Below are positions 55,967 through 62,962 of a stretch of 62,962 nt of DNA, piece by piece. The DNA lies in IMG/VR virus record IMGVR_UViG_3300022871_000857, positions 1-62,962 of that record; one strand, 5' to 3'. The notes under the pieces are model-generated. The model saw only the letters and a program-made list of their open reading frames with translations. It had not been told where the DNA came from and ran no database searches. The stretch comes from a virus (taxonomy: Duplodnaviria; Caudoviricetes). The stretch's first letter is position 1. Every line of letters begins with the position of its first letter. Made by a program: the position numbers and the translations under genes.

Positions 55967-58081
55967 TTACTTTTTTTCTTTTCTTATTTTACATAACATA
56001 TTGAAAAATAAAGAGTTATAGTCATATACACCCCCAACTCTTTCCTCAATATTGATTATTTCTTCAAAATATTTGATTAAAATATCTTCAGGTATATCTC
56101 CTGCTATTTTTTCGTATGTTTTTACCCTATAAGGAGCTACATTTGTTAGTGGCATATTCATTTTTATTTTTAGACAAGTCATAAGGTCATACTTTAAAAA
56201 ATTAATAAAAGTATTAATATCAGGATAATTTTGTTTCCAACCAAGAAATGATTTCCATATTAATGTCAAATCTTCTCTTGCAACTCCATCTAAGAAATCA
56301 ACATTTACTTCATCAGAAAGAAATTCTCTTATATCTCCTGAATTACTATATTGTTCTAACAGATGTATCGCTTGTCTTAAATTTGTATCAGAATTCCTTG
56401 CTATTGTCCATATCGTTTTTTCATCTACATCCATTTTTAATTCTTTTGTTAGTTCTTCTATTCTATCAAATATATCTTTCCATCTAATAGGATTAAGCTT
56501 ATATGTCTGACATCTTGTTTGTATTGTTTTTAATACTTTGTTTAATTCAGTTGTGCATAAAATCCAAATAAAATCATTAGATGCATCTTCTAGTGGTTTA
56601 AGTAAACAATTCCAAGCCGGCTTGGATAACATATGGCAATTAGAGACAATATTGCTTAACCCTAAACTATAATTATTTCCAACTAGAAAATTATGATTAT
56701 CTTCAACCTCAATATCAAATACTTCTACAGTCCATTTATGTTTTTTGTAATCAATATTTTTAATTTTGGCTGGTTTTATTTCATAAGATTTAGTACAATT
56801 ATTAAAAAAGTCATTATCAAAAGGCAACAAATCCCCTGCTAATTTATATCTCATGGAGGGAATAACATAGGGACTTATATTTTTAAATAATTTTAAACTA
56901 CTTTCTTTTGAAAATCTAATAGAAGGATATTTACCTGTAATATAGGCTGTATTTTTTAATTTAAATTTTTTGTTAAGAAACATAGAAAACATTTTTACTT
57001 CTTCATTAGAAAAACCACAAATATGTAAATGTGCATTTCCTGATTTAGACATACTTCCATCGTCCATATATAAAAAAGCTAAACTAATATAAGTAAATTG
57101 ATTAAATATTTTTTTATTAATATATTTTTTCTTATTTTTATAAATAAGAGGATAAATATCTGTTAAAAACCATGAGCTTTTTGTATTGTAACCTGTAAAT
57201 TTATCTCCAAAAGTATCTTTATTTATTCTGTCTGTGGTTGATAATTTACTACAGTCTATTACTTTAGATATTATGTCCCTTTTATATGTAATATATTTTA
57301 ATTGTTTATAAGAATGATTCATTTTTAATCTTACTGTATTTTTCATTTTTCCTAAATAGCCATCTCCAAGTATTGTTCCTAATAAAACCTGTTTAATATT
57401 TGAAGGAATTTTATTCCTAATTTCATATATTATAGATTTCTTTTGTAGTTTGTCCGCTCTTTTATATCCCTTATCTGTAAGTATTTTATGATTATCTGTA
57501 CATGTAAATTTGTTACCATGTTGGGTTTTAATAGTAATTGTTTTTTGTAAATTTACTTTTTTTCTAAAATAACCTATAATTTTTTTGGATTCAATTTTAT
57601 TTGTTTTTAAATTATAAGAAAGAACTTTTTTTTCTTTTTTATGTTTTACTATATTTCCAATTTTTTCATATGTCATATCTTCAAGAAGAACAGGAGTAGA
57701 ACCTAAAAAACATTCATCAAGTAAGATACCTTTATATTTAGATATTGGAGATTTATAGTATATTTCTTTACTTAATGTCCTAATATCATCTATACCTCTA
57801 TTATCAGAAGCATTTATTTCAAGTAAATCAAATTTGAAATTTAGACATGAAGGACATTTTAGACATGGATTCCCTTCTTTTGATAAATCTTGACAATTTA
57901 AACTCATAAAAAACAATCTAGCTAAAGTAGTTTTACCTATGCCACTTTTACCTGAAAACAAATATGAATTAGCTAATCCTTTTTTATTTATTGCTTGTGA
58001 TTTCAATATCTTCACAACATGTTCTTGACCTTTAATTTCATTCCATTTTATTGGTCTGAAAATATTATTAAAATCTTTCAA
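55967..58081 (-). CDS. dnaX: DNA polymerase III gamma/tau-like clamp loader with intein
   Basis: 'FRP..W.EIKGQEHV', 'GKSGIGKTTLAR', PCxxCxxC, 'EINAS', Walker B 'LDE^CHML', 'CTTE', 'TRC'; TTG start with AAGGAG RBS. Confidence 0.9.
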   Translation of the reverse strand: MKDFNNIFRPIKWNEIKGQEHVVKILKSQAINKKGLANSYLFSGKSGIGKTTLARLFFMSLNCQDLSKEGNPCLKCPSCLNFKFDLLEINASDNRGIDDIRTLSKEIYYKSPISKYKGILLDECFLGSTPVLLEDMTYEKIGNIVKHKKEKKVLSYNLKTNKIESKKIIGYFRKKVNLQKTITIKTQHGNKFTCTDNHKILTDKGYKRADKLQKKSIIYEIRNKIPSNIKQVLLGTILGDGYLGKMKNTVRLKMNHSYKQLKYITYKRDIISKVIDCSKLSTTDRINKDTFGDKFTGYNTKSSWFLTDIYPLIYKNKKKYINKKIFNQFTYISLAFLYMDDGSMSKSGNAHLHICGFSNEEVKMFSMFLNKKFKLKNTAYITGKYPSIRFSKESSLKLFKNISPYVIPSMRYKLAGDLLPFDNDFFNNCTKSYEIKPAKIKNIDYKKHKWTVEVFDIEVEDNHNFLVGNNYSLGLSNIVSNCHMLSKPAWNCLLKPLEDASNDFIWILCTTELNKVLKTIQTRCQTYKLNPIRWKDIFDRIEELTKELKMDVDEKTIWTIARNSDTNLRQAIHLLEQYSNSGDIREFLSDEVNVDFLDGVAREDLTLIWKSFLGWKQNYPDINTFINFLKYDLMTCLKIKMNMPLTNVAPYRVKTYEKIAGDIPEDILIKYFEEIINIEERVGGVYDYNSLFFNMLCKIRKEKK
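56639..57712 (-). mobile_element. Intein (358 aa) with LAGLIDADG endonuclease in dnaX Walker B
   Basis: Starts CFLGST, 'CTDNHKI', 'GTILGDG', 'LYMDDG', ends 'IVSN' followed by Cys. Confidence 0.9.
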
Positions 58082-58102
58082 TATTATTCTCCTTTAATTA
58101 GA

Positions 58103-58234
58103 TGAACTGTAAGCAGGATTCGATACCTGCATAATTAGCTTCAAATGAGTATTATATCCCGAGAACTTCAGCTCATAAGACTAATTCGAGGTTTGGTTAC
58201 CGTCTTGTGCGTCTAGTTCCGCCACTACAGTTCA
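58103..58234 (-). ncRNA. tRNA-like RNA (Leu-type D arm, T arm, expanded centre)
   Basis: TGAACTGTAG/TTACAGTTCA terminal stem; TGGCGGAACTAGACGC D-arm; GCAGG-TATCGAAT-CCTGC T-arm; about 75 nt centre; no CCA. Confidence 0.6.
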
Positions 58235-58267
58235 ATTTATTTATAAATATCATTTAACTTACAAACC

Positions 58268-58296
58268 ATTATATCATAATATAAATAGTTTGTCAA
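58268..58296 (-). promoter_or_regulatory. Sigma70-type promoter
   Basis: TTGACA-17 nt-TATAAT with extended -10 TG, directly upstream of the tRNA-like RNA and dnaX. Confidence 0.85.
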
Positions 58297-58299
58297 TCA

Positions 58300-59319
58300 T
58301 TATTTTGTTTTCTTTTTAAACTTATCATCATATGGTTTAAGTATACTATCTTCATTTAAATGATTTAATACTAAATCTTTTACTACTTTTCTCCTATCAT
58401 TACTCCATTTTAAATAATTTGCTATTTTCTCTACTATCTCTGAACCTAGTCTAGCATGGTGTATATAGTTACTCCTATCAACCTTATTTGTTCTTACAAA
58501 CGGCTTTGCTATATCATGTAATAAAGCAGACCACCTTAAATTTAAGTCTTTAGGAGTAGAATAAACAACCTGTTTTGTATGTGTCCATAAATCATAGTCA
58601 TGGTATTTACTATTTTGATTATAATCTAATTGTAATGCTAGTTCAGGAATCATAAAGTTAAATAATCTGGTTATCATTAAAAAATCTAATCCTAAATTAA
58701 TATTATCTGACAACAATAACTTATCTAGCTCTATCATCCATCTTTCTTTACTTACTGTTAATATTCTATAATTAAGTTCTAATGTTTTTTTCCATATTGC
58801 TTCATCTACATTTATTAGTTTTAATTGAGAAATAAATCTAGCGGCTCTTAACATTCTCAATGGGTCTTCCTTGAATCTTAATTTTGTATTACCTACACAT
58901 TTTAATGTTCTTGTTTCCAAATCTTCTCTTCCATTAAAGGGGTCTATATATTTATTTCCTATTTTGGCTATTGCATTAATAGTAAAGTCCCTTCTACTTA
59001 AATCAGAATGTAGGTCTTTTACAAATTCTACATTTGGTTTTCTACAATTCCTTTTATATTCTTCAGTTCTAAATGCTGTTAATTCTATATAATTCCCTTC
59101 AATTTTAACACCCAAAGTACCAAATTTTTTGCCAATTAAATATGCCCTCCTACCCTCGTTTTTGATTGCCTTTTCAATCTCGTCAGGAGAAAAGGGACAA
59201 GCAAAATCATAATCTTTTGGTTCTACTCCTATTAATTCATCTCTAACGCAACCCCCTACAGCATAAACAGGATATATGATTTTTTTAACTTTATTATATA
59301 TATATTGTAATTTTGTCAT
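58300..59319 (-). CDS. cca: CCA-adding enzyme/poly(A) polymerase family with HD domain
   Basis: 'VGGCVRD', 'DYDF', 'RRDFTINA', 'EDPLRMLRAARF', 'LLHDIAKP'. Confidence 0.9.
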   Translation of the reverse strand: MTKLQYIYNKVKKIIYPVYAVGGCVRDELIGVEPKDYDFACPFSPDEIEKAIKNEGRRAYLIGKKFGTLGVKIEGNYIELTAFRTEEYKRNCRKPNVEFVKDLHSDLSRRDFTINAIAKIGNKYIDPFNGREDLETRTLKCVGNTKLRFKEDPLRMLRAARFISQLKLINVDEAIWKKTLELNYRILTVSKERWMIELDKLLLSDNINLGLDFLMITRLFNFMIPELALQLDYNQNSKYHDYDLWTHTKQVVYSTPKDLNLRWSALLHDIAKPFVRTNKVDRSNYIHHARLGSEIVEKIANYLKWSNDRRKVVKDLVLNHLNEDSILKPYDDKFKKKTK

Positions 59320-59450
59320 TTAACATCTACCCATATTTTATGATTTATAATATTGCTAATATTTTGAAAACATACCCCATATTTTTGAGCAATATCAACT
59401 ATTTTTAATTTACCTTTTAATTGTCTTATTTCTTTTACTTTATTTAACAT
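59316..59450 (-). CDS. Small HTH protein (44 aa; resembles the C-terminal HTH of phage HNH endonucleases)
   Basis: MLNKVKEIRQLKGKLKIVDIAQKYGVCFQNISNIINHKIW; overlaps both neighbours. Confidence 0.5.
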   Translation of the reverse strand: MLNKVKEIRQLKGKLKIVDIAQKYGVCFQNISNIINHKIWVDVK

Positions 59451-60189
59451 TCCAATATTCCTCCAATAACCTTATTTGTAGTTTATTTATCTCTTTAGTG
59501 TTAGCTGTTTTTTGAAGGTCTGATTTAACATAAGCCATATCTATTAGTTTTTCAAGTTCATTGGTTTTATTTAATACCCAATCTAAACTATATTTTCCTA
59601 TTTTTATATCTCTAACCAAATTATTCTGTGGTAAAGGAAATTGTAGTTTACCTTCAACTAGCATATCTAATCCTTCCAAAAGCAATCTTATTAGATGTGA
59701 AGCAAATTTAGTATCGTATCCAAACTTTAAAGCTAATTCTTTTCTACCTGTCATATTCTCTTTCTTTATTTCCAATTTCTTTCTTTGTGCATAAGCATAA
59801 CCTTTAAATGTATGATATGATTTTTTAGATATAAACAAATGATAATTATCTAATAATTCTTGTCCAAATTTATCACATTCTAATAAACACTTATCATTAA
59901 CAAAAAACAGTTCTACTATATTAGGATTATTCTGTATAGCTAAATGTATAAACTTAATTAAAGAATAAATAGTATAGTCTATATCTCCCTTTAAATTCTT
60001 TACTGTCTGTGGCGTTTTAGTTGACAATATTACTTGTTCACATTTGTTTATTCCTAATACATAATCTTTAGTAGGTATGAATATTCCCATAAAATCTTCA
60101 TCTGAATTTTTAGTATGAGTTCCATATAAATGAGAGCCAGTTCTTATTTTTATTATTTGATTTTGATTTGCTAATTCTTTTTCTTTCAT
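59440..60189 (-). CDS. Pol-beta superfamily nucleotidyltransferase (RlaP/YcgL-like)
   Basis: 'GSHLYGT...SDEDFMG', 'NPNIVE', 'YDTKFASHLIRL'. Confidence 0.85.
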   Translation of the reverse strand: MKEKELANQNQIIKIRTGSHLYGTHTKNSDEDFMGIFIPTKDYVLGINKCEQVILSTKTPQTVKNLKGDIDYTIYSLIKFIHLAIQNNPNIVELFFVNDKCLLECDKFGQELLDNYHLFISKKSYHTFKGYAYAQRKKLEIKKENMTGRKELALKFGYDTKFASHLIRLLLEGLDMLVEGKLQFPLPQNNLVRDIKIGKYSLDWVLNKTNELEKLIDMAYVKSDLQKTANTKEINKLQIRLLEEYWNVK

Positions 60190-60593
60190 TATATTTTTTC
60201 TTCTATTTCATTTATAAATTTTATATTAAATATCAAAAATATATCTAATACTTCATTTACAAAATATTTAGTGCAATTTAGTATATCTTCTTCAGTTATC
60301 TTTTCAAATTTCTTTAAAGTAAATAATTGATTCATATATAAAGGTTGGTTAGAATATTCCACTACTTCATTCATGGGTATTTCTCTAGTTTCTTTAAAGT
60401 GAGAAGGCATTAAATCAACACCAAAACTTGATTGTAAATTATATATTGAAAATAAATACTTTCCCATCCCTTCGTCTTTATCACTTAAATATATAGAAGC
60501 AAGGTCATGTAAGGACATATAGCAATTAACAACTGAAAGCATTTGGTCGTTTTTAAAATAATGTTCTTCAATTATTCTTTTTAATTTTCTCAT
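60189..60593 (-). CDS. Hypothetical protein
   Basis: 134 aa, coupled to the NTase gene. Confidence 0.55.
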   Translation of the reverse strand: MRKLKRIIEEHYFKNDQMLSVVNCYMSLHDLASIYLSDKDEGMGKYLFSIYNLQSSFGVDLMPSHFKETREIPMNEVVEYSNQPLYMNQLFTLKKFEKITEEDILNCTKYFVNEVLDIFLIFNIKFINEIEEKI

Positions 60594-60945
60594 TTTTCGT
60601 CTCTCTCTATTATATCCAAATAGATATAAGTATAGTTAAAAATATAAAACCATAAATTAAAATATCCTTCCAACCTATCCAATTGCAGTCATACATAGTT
60701 TTATAAATCACTATTAGTAAAAACATTTCACATAATGTAGCTATTATTTTAAGTATTAACATACTTACTCCTCTCCACAATTATATTTATCTCCATATTC
60801 TGCTACTGTCATCTTTGGAGGTGTAGCCCCACACCAAACACAAGGGTGCTTGCCTTGTGAAATTTCATAAACTGCCGGAGCATATTGTTCTTTATGGCAA
60901 TATATACATCTCACTTGCATTGCTGTATCTTTATCACTCATTCCT

Positions 60946-61287
60946 CTACTCCTTTTCTTTTAGGTTGTTTAGGATTGCATCTGTATTCTTTCTTATTTCA
61001 GCTACATTTCTACATAGTTCTCTGGTTCTATCTTCATGGGTTTGGTCATCAGTAGTTGCAGAATATTGCTTGACTTCCTCAACCCCAACCTTCTCTATGC
61101 TTCCTGCTTTTTCTTGCTTAGCCTTATCATACCCAGCCATAATCGCATTAGCAAACCACCCCAACATAGTTCCTTCATCTGTTGCTATTTCAGGTTTAAT
61201 TTTTACCGACCTAACAAACTCCTCCGCCCATACCTTTGCACTAAATTCGCCACATAATTTATTATCTTCCATTATCTCGCCTTTCAT
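60946..61287 (-). CDS. Hypothetical phage protein
   Basis: 113 aa; 'VWAEEF...WFANAIMAG'. Confidence 0.55.
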   Translation of the reverse strand: MKGEIMEDNKLCGEFSAKVWAEEFVRSVKIKPEIATDEGTMLGWFANAIMAGYDKAKQEKAGSIEKVGVEEVKQYSATTDDQTHEDRTRELCRNVAEIRKNTDAILNNLKEKE

Positions 61288-61727
61288 TTTATTTCCTCAT
61301 AAGATTGTTCTACCTCTTTTTTCAAAATACTATCGGGGACTTCCATCTTTAAATCTCTGTATTGCTCAGCGATAAAAGTTTCTTCGTGGCAATTTACACA
61401 ATGACCTCCATAAACTTTACATCCACAATCTTCACAATAGTTACTCATCCTTTTACTCCTCTATTTTTAAAAGATATAGTTAAGTCACTTTTCTTTTCAT
61501 CGTTTTTCTTTTTCTGTAAAAATTTAATTACATCTTTATTTTTATGAAGTTTAATTATTCTTAGTTCCGTGACAGGTATCCCAACTAATTTAAGTCTCAT
61601 CTCTTCTCCTTTAGCTCATCTATTTTCTGGCAGAGGTCTTTAGAGCTACCCAACTAATGTACACTCATTGGACTCAAGGTTATTTCAACCTCTAGCCTTT
61701 AGCTCATCTTTCAATTCTTCCCCTCCT

Positions 61728-61964
61728 CTATTTTTTATCTTCAAATTTTTCTTCAACTACTCTTAATCTTCGTGTGGCTAATGCTAAATTATCTTTTTTC
61801 AACTCCGCCACCTGCCTTAATAAATCGGCTACTATGGGTGTGCAGTCGTCTATGGCTATGTTGTAGCCATTTGGATAAGTAGCAGATGATATCTTTCTAT
61901 CGTTCATCAATTTAATTATCTTCTCTGGCAACAACTTCTCCGCTTCCTTTGTGAAATTTTTCAT
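61728..61964 (-). CDS. Hypothetical protein
   Basis: 78 aa; 'GYNIAIDD'; coupled to the HNH gene. Confidence 0.5.
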   Translation of the reverse strand: MKNFTKEAEKLLPEKIIKLMNDRKISSATYPNGYNIAIDDCTPIVADLLRQVAELKKDNLALATRRLRVVEEKFEDKK

Positions 61965-62422
61965 TTTATTTCTCCACTCCTTTTTTTTAGTTTTCTGCCG
62001 TCAAAAATAATACCTTTAGAATAATTGCCATTTTTCCTATGAAACCACATATGAAAACCCTCATTTTTAAACAATATAAAATTCTCAATCCTATTGTCAT
62101 CTTTAATTTCATTTATGTGATGAACTCTCTCTTTAGATTTAAGATACCGACTAAGATGTTTTTCCACAACTAATCTATGCTCATAAACATATCCAGAGCC
62201 ATATTTCATAGCAAATGGGTGGGTGGGGCTATATACTGCAATATAACCATTCATCTTAATTCTTCCACCTTTCCACGATGGTCTGGTTTTCTTAAAATTT
62301 TCTCTCATTAGTTGCAATGTAGCTTCAGAGCAATAACCACTTTTCCCTTTATTCCAAGTTTTGTGTCCTTTTTGAAAAGCTTTACCAGACAAAGAACCAT
62401 CTTTTTTATATCCACTCGGCAT
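61961..62422 (-). CDS. Free-standing HNH homing endonuclease with NUMOD-type N-terminus
   Basis: 'FQKGHKTWNKG', 'WKGG', 'YVYEHRLV', 'VHHINEIKDDNRIEN'; GGAGGAG RBS favours ATG 62422. Confidence 0.85.
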   Translation of the reverse strand: MPSGYKKDGSLSGKAFQKGHKTWNKGKSGYCSEATLQLMRENFKKTRPSWKGGRIKMNGYIAVYSPTHPFAMKYGSGYVYEHRLVVEKHLSRYLKSKERVHHINEIKDDNRIENFILFKNEGFHMWFHRKNGNYSKGIIFDGRKLKKRSGEIK

Positions 62423-62539
62423 AATCTCCTCCAATAAAAAGGCAACTTTCAGCGGTCTGATAGAAAGAGGTAAATCTTTCAACGCTTACGGTTGCCTTTG
62501 TTTTAAACATAAAAAATCCCCTCTCTACCAGACATTAAA

Positions 62540-62568
62540 ATTATACCACATACATTAGTATTTGTCAA
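62540..62568 (-). promoter_or_regulatory. Sigma70-type promoter
   Basis: TTGACA-17 nt-TATAAT with extended -10 TG. Confidence 0.85.
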
Positions 62569-62595
62569 AGTTTTCTTTCTCTTTTTTATCTGGCA

Positions 62596-62886
62596 TTATT
62601 CATCCTTTATTCCCAAATCATCTACAAGGAAATCATTTGCACAATTAACAGCTCTTTTTATACTATATTCTTGGTCATTTTTATACTCTAATCTAACTTC
62701 CTTAATATCCTCTACTAAATTTTCTATTAAATTACACATTTCTACTAAGTTTTCATAGCGTCTATTATCTTCGTTAGTTTCGCCTAAGGGCTCTATGCAA
62801 CCGATTAACTTTTTAACAACTTGATATACGTCTAATTTATCTGGCATTATTTTCCTACTTTCTTTAACTTCTATAACCACAATCAA
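62596..62886 (-). CDS. Hypothetical phage protein
   Basis: 96 aa; 'KLIGCIEPLGETNEDNRRYENL'. Confidence 0.55.
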   Translation of the reverse strand: MIVVIEVKESRKIMPDKLDVYQVVKKLIGCIEPLGETNEDNRRYENLVEMCNLIENLVEDIKEVRLEYKNDQEYSIKRAVNCANDFLVDDLGIKDE

Positions 62887-62962
62887 AACACTCTACACCA
62901 TTAAAAGCATAGTAACCACAACAAGGACATTTACTCATATCTTACCTCCCTTTCCCTTTAAG

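Noticed and set aside
58103-58234. Functional tRNA-Leu with a group I or bulge-helix-bulge intron
   Set aside because: The insert is too short for a group I intron, and I could not reconstruct a 7-nt anticodon loop by removing one segment.
2472-61547. Many antisense/shadow ORFs in the track (e.g. 2472..2687, 7020..7262, 16268..16474, 23499..24080, 34371..34751, 60857..61375)
   Set aside because: They lie opposite well-supported genes or RNAs, have Phe/Ser/Ile/Leu-rich composition typical of antisense frames in AT-rich DNA, and lack evident RBSs.
1-62962. Stop-codon reassignment (alternative genetic code)
   Set aside because: Long conserved genes are intact in the standard code, genes end in TAA, TAG and TGA, and no suppressor tRNA was seen.
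1-62962. CRISPR array, diversity-generating retroelement or retron
   Set aside because: No regularly spaced repeat-spacer array and no reverse transcriptase motifs in any ORF; the tail-tip paralogs share only short motifs, not a TR/VR pair.
1-62962. Prophage or bacterial chromosome origin (dnaN, dnaX, recA, cysC, cca)
   Set aside because: These genes are interspersed with phage-type genes in one dense operon; no integrase, att site or host gene block is visible.

Overview
A 63 kb, very AT-rich segment of a large tailed dsDNA phage (Caudoviricetes) that reads cleanly in the standard genetic code. Bases 1-15.7 kb (+ strand) hold a siphovirus-type virion module: putative lysis/membrane genes, head-tail joining proteins, tail tube, chaperones, a TP901-type tape measure, baseplate/hub and three paralogous tail-tip proteins. 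Bases 15.7-63 kb (- strand) hold, first, tRNA-Tyr and an approximately 11 kb glycan-modification cluster (GT-A/GT-B/LicD, GT29-like, pyruvyltransferase, FkbM and TylF methyltransferases, APS kinase, HxGH nucleotidyltransferase, lid-less pyruvate-kinase barrel). Replication and recombination genes follow: a family B polymerase ending in a beta-clamp motif, DnaN, an intein-containing DnaX, Prim-Pol/helicase, SbcCD-like proteins, RecA, resolvases and a 5' exonuclease. The same strand also carries class III RNR, tRNA-Thr, a DNA methyltransferase split by three inteins, a CCA-adding enzyme, an RlaP-like nucleotidyltransferase and an HNH endonuclease. The most unusual non-coding signals are a ~180 nt nested-stem RNA directly behind a DIP1984-like gene, an adjacent gene enclosed by a 12-bp inverted repeat, and two tRNA-shaped RNAs lacking a normal anticodon arm. 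All protein family calls come from motif recognition only; no database search was run.
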